DNA of 64,000 bases from Pristiophorus japonicus. Taxonomy: Eukaryota. Within the stretch, counting starts at the first letter, position 1. Each line of letters opens with the position of its first letter. The DNA lies in the NCBI RefSeq assembly GCF_044704955.1, contig NW_027253183.1, forward strand, positions 372,001 through 436,000, written 5' to 3'. The position numbers and the translations under genes are program-made. Below the pieces are notes generated by a model that was given only the letters and a program-made list of their open reading frames with translations, ran no database searches and was not told the DNA's origin. Shown one piece after another: positions 56,701 to 64,000 of the stretch.

Positions 56701-58728
56701 CAGCTCCTGGGTCATGTAAGCTGAGGTTAGATCCAATTTTGAAAAAAGTTTGCCACCGGATAGCGTCGCAAAGAGGTCCTCCGCTCTCGGTAGCGGGTAC
56801 TGGTCTTGGAGTGACACCCGATTGATGGTGGCCTTGTAATCGCCACATATCCTGACCGACTCATCCACCTTGAGCATCGGCACGATCGGGCTCACCCAGT
56901 CACTGAATTCAACTGGCGAGATATATCTTTACTATACAGTATAAATGCACATAATTGAGAGAAGGTCATTCTGTGACCAGTTACCTTTATTACCAAGACC
57001 TCAAGTGATGAAGGTTGGTGGAGCTTCCCCTTTTATACCTGAAAGTCCAGGTTAGGAGTGTCTCCCACAAGTTCACCCCTTTGTGGTCAATGTTCTCAAG
57101 GTGTACAACTTGGGTCAGCTTATATATGGGTTACAATGATAGTTGAATACATGACTCTGGTTCAGCCTCAGACAGGAATTGTGAAGCGGGATGGAGGGGG
57201 GAAGAGGAGGGGGAGTGCGGGAGGGGGGAGAGGGATGGGGAAGGGGAGGGAGAGAGGGGGAAGGGAGAGGGGGAGGGAGGGGGAGAGGGGGCAGGAAGGG
57301 GGTGAGAGGAGGGAGGGAGAGGAGGGGGAGAGGAGGGGGAGAGGAGAGGGGGGAACGGAATTTGTGGCGGGGACCGAAAACAATATTCAATTGGATAAAA
57401 TTTCTGCTCATCCAGAGCTGGATGTGGGACAAGCAGTCTGACAATTTAGAGACCAAGGAGGGCTCGAGCGAAGTGGTAGTGAGGTACAACGTCTGGGTAA
57501 TGTTGCCAAGGAGTAACATGTAGATGTGAGATAGGAGGGGCCAAGGATCCAGCTTTGGGGGAGGTTTGAGAAGAGAAGCCATTGATGCAGATAAGTGGAA
57601 GCACTGAGCTGGAGGAGAGATGTTGGACGATGATTGTGTGGGTCGACTGTGTCAAAGGCTGCATAGAGGCCGAGGAGGGAGAATGCAGCATGGACACAGT
57701 CACACAGAATGCTGGTGATGACTTTGGCTTGGGCCATTTTGGTGATAAACATGGACGTTGCATTGGGTCTGTCAGCGGCTGGCCTGGAGATCGAGGAGGT
57801 GGAGGGTGTCACAGAGAGGAAAAGCACAGATGTGCTTATATCGCGAGTCTGGCACCCACTCTCACTCTGCCCAGCTACTACACTTTCACACCTACTTGGC
57901 CATACCTGAGGAGACCCGTCTTTTCTGTCTCCACTCACGAAGCAGTCTGTGACAGAGTTATGCCACGTACTGAAGCCAGGAATCCAGAGTGGGCCGAGCA
58001 CAGGGACAGACATGGCCATTGTGGGTGAACATCACAACATTGAGCTTTTGTTCAATCAGATCCTTTCAAGCCACCACTGGAGACATTTGTAACATTAGTA
58101 TTACTTCAGTCCGCTGATGCCGCAAGCAGGCCCTGGGAGCCGAGGTTTGCAGGGGAAACACCTTCGTCACTTTGTCCATTGAAAGGAGACAACAGCTCGA
58201 GTGGGCACAGCACTTTTACCTGTTGCAGCTTCTGTAAAGTGCAGGGTCTCATCGATGGCACATACACAGCCAACAAGACCCATAATGACTATCCCAAGGT
58301 GGGCATCTATAGCAAAGGCTTCTATCCATCATTGTACAGGTGGTGTCAGACCACAAGTACAGAATCATTCAGGGGAATGTGCACCAGTCCAGCCTGGAGT
58401 GACAGCCTGGATTATGGGCTCAAGTCCCTGGAGTGGGGCTTGAACCCACCATCTTCTGACCCCGAGGTGAGAGTGCTACCCACTGAGCCACACCTGACTC
58501 CCGTGGTGTACAGTGTAGAGCACTGACAGAGTGTGTGGCTTATCACCACATGTGTGCTGCATGGTTTGCTGCAGGTTGCTGAGTGGGATACAGTCGAAGA
58601 GTATTTGACCACACTGGTTTCACTGTGATTATCAGTCATACATGTGGCAGCTATAATAAACTCACACAGGTTCTTATATTTCAGCTGCAACCCAGACTAA
58701 TAAACAGGCAGCCGCAACCTCGACTGTG
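6074..58728 (+). CDS. Multi-exon gene (partial): type I membrane IgSF receptor with 3 germline-joined VJ-type domains, TM and Tyr-motif tail; join(6074..6421,24781..25125,32022..32369,34377..34521,40133..40176,58685..58728); leader and terminal exon not found
   Basis: All six exons are flanked by AG/GT. Exon end phases are 1,1,1,2,1,0, and they splice into one stop-free frame. Three Ig V-set domains, a 26-aa hydrophobic helix followed by KK, then NPVYATV. Confidence 0.85.
7378..11061 (-). mobile_element. CR1 LINE, 5'-truncated and degenerate (EN-RT), interrupted at 8111-9110
   Basis: ORF fragments [32 protein letters not shown] and [11 protein letters not shown]. Collinear with the copy at 43092-48171. 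Confidence 0.93.
8111..9110 (+). mobile_element. CR1 LINE 3' portion nested in an opposite-strand CR1
   Basis: KFADDTK...[11 protein letters not shown], (TTCTTATG)n tail, short duplication ATTC at both junctions. Confidence 0.9.
11255..13627 (+). mobile_element. CR1 LINE, 5'-truncated and frameshifted
   Basis: [28 protein letters not shown] and KFADDTK; TTCTTATG tail. Confidence 0.92.
13666..13915 (+). mobile_element. Tx1-clade LINE, short 3' fragment
   Basis: Matches the ORF2 end and 3' UTR of the downstream copy (CTGGAGTG(C/T)ATCATCACCCC...AACCAAATTTTAATTTGA; ends AAAATAG). Confidence 0.8.
13938..20848 (+). mobile_element. Near-full-length Tx1-clade (L1 superfamily) non-LTR retrotransposon, degenerate
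   Basis: Long 5' UTR with (CT)n. ORF1 remnants from 14823 ([17 protein letters not shown] knuckle). ORF2 from 16887 ([56 protein letters not shown]) ends at 20708. Confidence 0.9.
16887..20708 (+). pseudogene. Tx1 ORF2 (APE endonuclease, RT, C-terminal Zn finger), disrupted
   Basis: The motifs listed for the Tx1 element are spread over several frames, with stops. Confidence 0.88.
21089..21700 (-). mobile_element. Old L2 LINE remnant; its other part lies at 11062-11254
   Basis: Similar to the L2 3' region at 38643-39272. The sequence is continuous across the nested block. Confidence 0.6.
21704..24431 (-). mobile_element. Internally deleted Gypsy LTR retrotransposon (gag and protease only)
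   Basis: LTRs at 21704-21938 and 24200-24431 (TG..CA). PBS TGGCGACGAG on the - strand. PPT at about 21940-21950. Flanks GTAAA/GTAAG. Gag [13 protein letters not shown]; protease region [18 protein letters not shown]. Confidence 0.9.
24781..25125 (+). CDS. Exon: V-set Ig domain 2 with fused J-like strand
   Basis: Acceptor ttttcccattaaag|GT, donor ACCA|gtaagt, 345 nt. Translation (S)[25 protein letters not shown]...[10 protein letters not shown]...[42 protein letters not shown]. Confidence 0.93.
25745..26230. repeat. C-rich low-complexity tandem repeat
   Basis: CCCCCACCCACATC and CCCCACGTCCCC units. Confidence 0.9.
26610..27495 (-). mobile_element. CR1 3' fragment (older family)
   Basis: [17 protein letters not shown] and [10 protein letters not shown]. 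Confidence 0.85.
27822..31018 (-). mobile_element. CR1 LINE (end of ORF1 plus ORF2), inserted into the tail of a short + strand CR1 fragment (27610-27821 and 31019-31037)
   Basis: EN motifs ([16 protein letters not shown]), RT motifs and a (CATAAGAA)n tail. Confidence 0.92.
31170..31945 (-). mobile_element. Two adjacent tRNA-derived SINEs (DeuSINE/SacSINE1-like)
   Basis: Repeated CAGTGCAGCAC...ACTGCACTGG core and reverse B-box GGGACTTGAACCC. The family name is from recall, not from a search. Confidence 0.65.
32022..32369 (+). CDS. Exon: V-set Ig domain 3 with fused J-like strand
   Basis: Acceptor tttcccacgtacag|AT, donor ACCG|gtaagt, 348 nt. Translation (N)[26 protein letters not shown]...VHWHCQRPG...[47 protein letters not shown]. 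Confidence 0.93.
32932..33196. repeat. 41-bp tandem repeat, about 6.5 copies
   Basis: Unit ACCTTACCCCAGTCCAAGTATATCCCTCCCCCAGCCAAAGT. Confidence 0.93.
33198..33740 (+). mobile_element. CR1 3' fragment
   Basis: [11 protein letters not shown]...[17 protein letters not shown]. Confidence 0.9.
33748..34297. repeat. 58-bp minisatellite, about 9.5 copies, with a near-palindromic core
   Basis: Unit CGGTTGTGCTTATATTAAACCTGGTTTTAATGTTATACCGAGGGGGAGCTGCCTGTCT. Confidence 0.95.
34377..34521 (+). CDS. Exon: short stalk, transmembrane helix and juxtamembrane region
   Basis: Acceptor ttttacag|AG, donor GG|gtaaat. The frame continuing from V3 reads (E)[47 protein letters not shown](G). This frame is not in the ORF track. 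Confidence 0.88.
35602..35885 (+). pseudogene. PIF/Harbinger (HARBI1-like) transposase remnant
   Basis: ITGFAKVQG...[12 protein letters not shown]...[12 protein letters not shown] resembles the conserved GFPxVxG and WLLGDxGYPL blocks of Harbinger DDE nucleases. Confidence 0.7.
36736..37618 (+). mobile_element. CR1 3' portion with dense A>G hypermutation
   Basis: Collinear with the reverse complement of about 43100-43970, but with many A>G changes between about 36898 and 37522. (TTTCTATG)n tail. Confidence 0.93.
37619..37957 (-). mobile_element. Gypsy integrase fragment
   Basis: HQCNTC...[28 protein letters not shown]. Confidence 0.85.
37958..38642 (+). mobile_element. Two head-to-tail CR1 3' ends from different families
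   Basis: Two sets of 3' UTR hairpin plus tail (TTTCTATG at about 38260-38285; TTCTTATG at about 38625-38642). Confidence 0.85.
38643..39272 (+). mobile_element. L2 LINE 3' end
   Basis: [13 protein letters not shown]...AYFHLRNI...[15 protein letters not shown]; (GTT)n tail. Confidence 0.88.
39398..40089. repeat. 52-bp minisatellite (with 55-bp variants), about 13 copies
   Basis: Unit GCTCACAGCAGTGCCAGTGTGAAGTTGTACAGAAACATTCACTGATATTTAT. Confidence 0.95.
40133..40176 (+). CDS. Cytoplasmic exon with NPxY/YxxV motif
   Basis: Pyrimidine tract ctttctgtttctgcaccatctccctag|G, donor G|gtaaga. The phase-2 start matches the TM exon and gives (G)[14 protein letters not shown]. Confidence 0.78.
40555..41000. 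repeat. (GT)n/GGGGAGT low-complexity repeat
   Basis: Direct inspection. Confidence 0.9.
41436..42374 (-). mobile_element. CR1 3' fragment
   Basis: [17 protein letters not shown] and EKCEVIHF. Confidence 0.85.
46167..47114 (-). CDS. CR1 ORF1p: N-terminal Cys/leucine-zipper region plus SGNH/GDSL esterase domain
   Basis: Open 315-aa frame with CSSC, heptad [30 protein letters not shown] and DGLHL. Confidence 0.88.
   Translation of the reverse strand: MAGELGRVLCSSCTMWELRDDTSVPDDYIYRKCVHLQLLTVRVAELELRVDSLWSIHDAENDVSITCSELVVPQGKGPQPDREWKTNRKSSARKVVQESPVVIPLQNRYTALGTVEGDDSSGEGSSSQVHGTMAGSAAQEGRKKSGRAIVIGDSMVRGIDRRFCGRNRDSRMVCCLPGARVKDVSERVQDILKREGEQPVVVVHIGTNDIGKKRDEVLRNEFKELGAKLKSRTSKVVISGLLPVPRDSQSRNRRIAQMNTWLEQWCSREGFKFLGHWNRFWWRWDQYKPDGLHLGRTGTNVPGGVFASAVGEDLS
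47301..48139 (-). promoter_or_regulatory. 58-bp CpG-rich tandem monomers (about 14.5 copies) forming the CR1 5' UTR; nearly all carry a TATA box
   Basis: The + strand unit is CCTTTTATAGGCCTCTCCACGCACCTCCTCGACGCTGGGCCCCGGACTCCCTGCTGTG, which reads CCTATAAAAGG on the element strand. Promoter function is inferred. Confidence 0.7.
52917..53618. other. Two assembly gaps (52917-53215 and 53445-53618) within a GA/GT microsatellite
   Basis: Runs of N. Confidence 0.99.
54062..57155 (-). mobile_element. Internally deleted Gypsy element (RT-RH-IN kept; PBS, gag and protease lost)
   Basis: LTRs at 54062-54310 and about 56917-57155. PPT at about 54312-54325. RT ICGDYK...VVFQDDIL; a 468-aa RH/IN ORF at 54673-56079. 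Confidence 0.9.
58685..58728 (+). CDS. Probable further cytoplasmic exon
   Basis: Acceptor ttcttatatttcag|CT, donor GTG|gtgagt. The phase-1 start matches the previous exon and gives (A)[14 protein letters not shown]. It sits in unique sequence, but support is splice signals and frame only. Confidence 0.55.
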
Positions 58729-58970
58729 GTGAGTACTGAGCAACAGCTTTTATACCGATATCCTGCTGTTAAATACACCTCATCACTTCCTCTCCAGCCC
58801 TGGACGTTATAGTGTGTTTCTTTTACTTATGACCAATGTTCTTCTGAAGGAGCTGACTCTTGCTGGGGAACAGTTTACAAATGGCAACAGCCCCTCCCGA
58901 TATCACACCAAGCAACTGTTTATCATGTGTAGCTTGGACAGTACCAGTAACCATGGCAGTGAGTGAGGGA

Positions 58971-59700
58971 ACATAGGAACAGGAGCAGGCCATTCAGCCC
59001 CTCGAACTGTTCCGCCATTCAATTAGACCAGGGCTGATCTGTATCTCAACTCCAGCTACCCGCCTTGGTTCCGTAACCCTTAATACCCTTGCCTAACGAA
59101 AATCTATCCATCTCAGTTTTGAAATGTTTAATTGACCCCCCCAGCCTCAGCTTTTTTGGGTAAGTTCCAGATTCCCACTGCTCTCTGTGTGAAGAAGTGT
59201 TTCCTGATTTCACCCTGAACGGCCGAGCTCTAATGTTAAGGTCATGTCCGGACTCCACCATCCAGAGGAAATAGTTTCCCACAGTACCTTCCCTATCAAT
59301 TCCTCGGATCATCTTAAACACCTGAATTCCATCACCCCTTAATCTTCTATACTCGGGAATACAAGCCTGGTCAGTGCAACCTGTCCTCATAATCTAACCC
59401 TTTTAGTCCCCGAATCATTCTGGTGAATCTCCACTGCACCCCCTCCGAGGCCAATATCCTTCCTAGGGTGTGGTGCCTAGAACTGAACGCAGTGCCCCTG
59501 ATGTGTTGTAACCAGAGTTTTATCCAAGTGTAGAATAACTTCCGCCCTTTGTATTCCAGCTCCCCTGAGATAAAGGCCAACATTCCATCAGCCTTTGTAA
59601 TTATTGTTTGTACCAGTCCCCTGGGTTTTATGATTTCTGTGCATGGACCCTTAAATCTCTCGCTCCTCCACAGTTCCTAGCTTCTCGCCATTTAAAGATA
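58971..59700 (-). mobile_element. Degenerate CR1 3' fragment
   Basis: LAFISGELEYK, RRLRGD and a CR1-type 3' UTR. Confidence 0.8.
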
Positions 59701-60217
59701 TTCTGATCTATCTCAGGTGGAGCTCGGGTGGAGTTGAGTAACACGTGGTGCATCCCTTTAAAGCCATAAGGTCGAATTGCCATACCTTGTTCACGGAAAC
59801 AGAAATTCATCAGTGTGATCGTGTGACTCTGAACAAGCATTGAATTCGTTGTCATTTACAAAAACTAATATTGAACTTCCTGCTGTAGCAAAGCCTGTCA
59901 TCTGGGTCACTAGGCGACTCTGATAATGTCACTGACCAGCTCCAGCCGTTCGAAAGTGGAAGCTTTTTCAATGCCTGGGTCCATATAAACAACATCTACA
60001 GACTCTCCCTTATCGAGCACCTTAGCTACCGCCTCAAAAAATTCAACTAAGTTCATTAGACATGAGTTCTGCTTTACAAATCCATGCTGGCTCTCTCTGA
60101 CCAGCTCATATTGTCCAAGTGCTCAGCGACCCTCCCTAATAATAGGCCCAGCCTGATCCTGAACTCACGTGACTTTCACAGGTTGGGGTCTAGTTTGACT
60201 CCCGGGCCGGGGACTAG

Positions 60218-60850
60218 TGGTCAGATGACCGACTGAGGGAGTGATGGTCAGGTGACTGACTGGGGGAGCGATGGTCAGGTGACTGACTGGGGGGGGGGAT
60301 GGTCAGGTGACTGACTGGGGGAGTGATGGTCAGGTGACTGACTGGGGGAGTGATGGTCAGGTGACTGACTGGGGGAGTGATGGTCAGGTGACTGACTGGG
60401 GGAGTGATGGTCAGGTGACTGACTGGGGGAGTGATGGTCAGGTGACCGACTGGGGGAGTGATGGTCAGGTGACTGACTGGGGGAGTGATGGTCAGGTGAC
60501 TGACTGGGGGAGCGATGGTCAGGTGACTGACTGGGGGAGTGATGGTCAGGTGACCGACTAAGGGAGTGATGGTCAGGTGACTGACTGGGGGAGTGATGGT
60601 CAGGTGACTGACTGGGGGAGTGATGGTCAGGTGACTGACGGGGAGTGATGGTCAGGTGACTGACTGGGGGAGTGATGGTCAGGTGACTGACTGGGGGAGC
60701 GATGGTCAGGTGACTGACTGGGGGAGTGATGGTCAGGTGACCGACTGGGGGAGTGATGGTCAGGTGACTGACTGGGGGAGTGATGGTCAGGTGACTGACT
60801 GGGGGAGTGATGGTCAGGTGACTGACTGAGGGAGCGATGGTCAGGTGACC
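60218..60850. repeat. 27-bp minisatellite, about 23 copies
   Basis: Unit GGTCAGGTGACTGACTGGGGGAGTGAT. Confidence 0.95.
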
Positions 60851-61413
60851 GTTTCAGTGGTGCCGAGCTCCCCCTCCTCCCTGCGATTGTGAGCCACCGG
60901 CCTCATTTAAATCTGTCGTTCCATGGCCCGTGGGTCGGGTCGGGTCGGTGTGAGCACAGCCCAGGCTCCTGCCCACTCCCACCCGAAATGGCAATCGGGG
61001 TCCCAATGACATTGTGACTATTACTGCGGTGGGAATACTCTGAGCCCGCTGGGTGTGACTGGACCCTGGGTGATGGTGGGCCAGGATGTCAGTAGGGAGA
61101 GAAGGGATAACGTAAGGTGCTCCTGTCCCTGAGTGAGGGCGAAGCCTCCGGCTTCAGCCTGTCCCAATCCCTCTGCTCCCAGGCACAATCATTTCCAAGC
61201 GGCTCCCCTCCAAAGGCTCTCGGGGTTTAGTCTGTGGGCCCTCCTGTCCCGGCCTCCTCTCTCCTGTTAAGTCGCACCTTATTGTGCAGGCAGAGGGACG
61301 GTGAGCTGCTGGAAGGGTCAGGAGCAGGTGCCGCAGATTATCGGTGTGTGTGGGCACCCGACACGAGGCTGGGTTTTGTTCAAAGGGATTGTCTCTGTGA
61401 AACCCTTTGTGTG

Positions 61414-62453
61414 TTTCCCAATCTACTCGTTTCCCACTAACCTTGGCCACCAATGCGTATAAGGTGGCCAAGGTTAGTGGGAAACTAGAAGATTGGGAAA
61501 ATATTAAACGACAGCAAAGAATAACGAAGAAAGCAATAAAGAAAGGAAAGATAGATTACGAAGGTAAACTTGCGCAAAACATAAAAACAGATAGTAAAAG
61601 CTTTTACCGATATATAAAACGGAAAAGAGTGACTAAAGTAAATGTTGGTCCCTTAGAAGATGAAAAGGGGGATTTAATAATGGGAAATGTGGAAATGGCT
61701 GAGACCTTAAACAATTATTTTGTTTCGGTCTTCACAGTGGAAGACACAAAAACTATGCCAAAAATTGCTGGTCACGGGAATGTGGGAAGGGAGGACCTTG
61801 AGACAATCACTAACACTAGGGGGGTAGTGCTGGACAGGCTAATGGGACTCAAGGTAGACAAGTCCCCTGGTCCTGATGAAATGCATCCCAGGGTCTAAAA
61901 GAGATGTCGGAAGTTATAGCAGATGCATTCGTTATAATCTACCTAAATTCTCTGGACTCTGGGGAGGTACCAGCGGATTGGAAAACAGCTAATGTAACGC
62001 CTCTGTTTAAAAAAGGGGGCAGACAAAAGGCAGGAAACTATAGGCCGATTAGTTTAACATCTGTAGTGGGAAAAATGCTTGAAACTATCATTAAGGAAGA
62101 AATAGCGGGACATCTAGATAGGAATAGTGCAATCAAGCAGACACAGCATGGATTCATGAAGGGGAAATCATGTTTAACTAATTTACTGGAATTTTTTGAG
62201 GATATAACGAGCATGGTGGATAAAGGTGTACCGATGGTTGTGGTATATTTAGATTTCCAAAAGGCATTCGATAAGGTGCCACACAAAAGGTGACTGCAGA
62301 AGATAAAGGTACGCGGAGTCAGAGGAAATGTATTAGCATGGAAATAGAACTGGCTCGATCTGGCTCAGCCATGATCTTGTTGAATGGCGGAGCAGGCTCG
62401 AGGGGCTAGATGGCCTACTCCTGTTCCTAATTCTTATGTTCTTATGTTCTTAT
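61414..62453 (+). mobile_element. CR1 fragment with a 5' fold-back duplication and an internal deletion (RT joined to the 3' UTR at about 62355)
   Basis: Same family as 27822-31018. [13 protein letters not shown]; TTCTTATG tail. Confidence 0.9.
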
Positions 62454-62544
62454 GTGTGTGCGTGTGTGTGGGGAATGTGTGTGTGTGTGGGGGGAGTGTG
62501 TGTGTGTATGTGTGGGGGGGGGAGTGTGTGTGTGGGTGGGGAAG

Positions 62545-62581
<37 letters not shown>

Positions 62582-63330
62582 GAGTGTGTGTGTGTGTGTG
62601 TGGGTGGGGAGGGTGTTTGTGTGTGTGTGGGTGGGGTGTGTGTGTGTTTGTGGGTGGGGAGGGTGTTTGTGTGTGTGTGGGTGGGGAGTGTGTGTGTGTG
62701 TCGGTGGGGAGTGTGTGTGGGGAGTGTGTGTGTGTGTGGGTGGGGAGTGTGTGTGTGTGGGTGGGGAGTGTGTGTGTGTGGGTGGGGAGTGTGTGTGTGT
62801 GGGTGGGGAGTGTGTGTGTGTGGGTGGGGAGTGTGTGTGGGTGGGGAGTGTGTGTGGTGAGTGTGTGTGTGTGTGGTGAGTGTGTGTGTGGGTGGGGAGT
62901 GTGTGTGTGTGTGGGTGGGGAGTGTGTGTGTGTGGGTGGGGAGTGTGTGTGTGTGGGTGGGGAGTGTGTGTGTGTGGGTGGGGAGTGTGTGTGGTGAGTG
63001 TGTGTGTGGGTGGGGAGTGTGTGTGGGTGGTGAGTGTGTGTGTGGGTGGGGAGTGTGTGTGTGGGTGGGGAGTGTGTGTGTGGGGAGTGTGTGTGTGTAT
63101 GTGGGTGGGGAGTGTGTGGGTGGGGAGTGTGTGTGTGGGTGGGTGGGGAGTGCGTGTAGGTGGGGAGTGTGTGTGTGTATGTGTGTGAGGGTGGGGAGTG
63201 TGTGTGTGGGTGGGTGGGGAGTGCGTGTGGGTGGGGAGTGTGTGTGTGTATGTGTGTGAGGGTGGGGAGTGTGTGTGTGGGTGGGTGGGGAGTGTATGTG
63301 TATGTGTTTGTGGAGAGTGTTTGTGTGTGG
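62454..63330. repeat. GT-rich repeat (GGGTGGGGAGT(GT)n)
   Basis: Direct inspection. Confidence 0.92.
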
Positions 63331-63579
63331 CTCAGTGCCAGTGACAGACAGCAGCCAGAGTCTGTGCGTGTTGCAGTGAGGCCTCGGACAGGAAGCTTTA
63401 AAAGAGCAGGAACCGGTCTGAGTGCTTTGTCACAGTGCAATTATGAGGATATGTTGCATGAACTTGGCTTGTATTGTCTGGGGTTTCGAAGGTTGAGGGA
63501 TGATTTAATCAAGGGTTTAAAGTGAGAAAGGGACTTGCTATAAATTTGACTTGTGGGGCCGGAGGAACAGGAAGGTCCC

Positions 63580-64000
63580 TCCACCCTCTCTCCGCCAGTA
63601 ATCCCCCTCCCCTCGTCCCTCCGCCAGTAATCCCCCTCCCTCCCTCCGCGAGTCATCCCCCTCCCTCCCTCCTTCCCTCCACCAGTAATCCCCCTCTCTC
63701 CGCCAATAATCCCCCTCCCTCCGCCAGTAATCTCCCTCCCTCCCTCCCTCCGCCAGTAATCCCCCTCCCCCTCCTTCCGCCAGTAATCCCCCTCTCTCCC
63801 TCCCTCCGCCAGTAATCCCCCTCTCTCCCTCCCTCCGCCAGTAATCCCTCTCCCTCCCTCCCTCCACCAGTAATCTCCCTCCCCGCTCCCTCCCTCCGCC
63901 AGTAATCTCCCTACCTCCCTCCCTCCGCCAGTAATCCCCCCTCCCTCCCTCCCTCCGTATACCCCCTCCCTCCCTCCCTCCATAAACCCCCTCCCTCCCT
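63580..64000. repeat. C-rich tandem repeat (CCTCCGCCAGTAATCCCCCT core)
   Basis: Direct inspection. Confidence 0.9.

Larger units (their letters stand above)
52800..57830 (-). mobile_element. L2 LINE remnant, interrupted by a microsatellite with gaps and by the Gypsy element at 54062-57155
   Basis: [32 protein letters not shown] and [14 protein letters not shown]. Confidence 0.8.

Noticed and set aside
60307-60561. ORF of (VTDWGSDGQ)n
   Set aside because: In-frame translation of a 27-bp minisatellite, with no splice or start context.
60850-61410. GC-rich unique stretch as the terminal exon of the receptor or another gene's first exon
   Set aside because: I found no convincing acceptor with a phase-0 frame and Tyr motif, and the minus-strand ATG closes after 5 codons.
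40467-63983. His/Thr-, Val/Cys- and Gly/Arg-rich ORFs at 40.5-41, 52.8-53.8 and 62.4-64 kb
   Set aside because: Microsatellite, low-complexity or N-gap artefacts.

Overview
Repeat-dense vertebrate DNA, most likely from a cartilaginous fish (inferred from the CR1/L2/Tx1/Gypsy/DeuSINE-like repeat mix, not proven). Most of the window is transposons and tandem repeats, and nearly all long ORFs in the track are TE remnants or repeat artefacts. The introns belong to one + strand host gene that I reconstructed by hand. It has three symmetric phase-1 exons (6074-6421, 24781-25125, 32022-32369), each encoding a complete antigen-receptor-like V domain with a germline-fused J-like end (C-x2-W-x3-[YS]GxGTxLNVT). 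These are followed by a transmembrane exon (34377-34521), a cytoplasmic exon carrying NPVYATV (40133-40176) and a probable further cytoplasmic exon (58685-58728). All junctions are GT-AG and splice in frame. No C domain or RSS was found, and the leader and last exon were not found in the window. The product would be a non-rearranging triple-VJ type I receptor. Other notable items: a CR1 copy with massive sense-strand A>G changes in an ADAR-like context (36898-37522); two Tx1 LINEs inserted at one site inside a solo LTR; a full-length CR1 with an esterase ORF1 and a TATA-containing tandem-monomer 5' end; and a fold-back hairpin at a CR1 5' junction.
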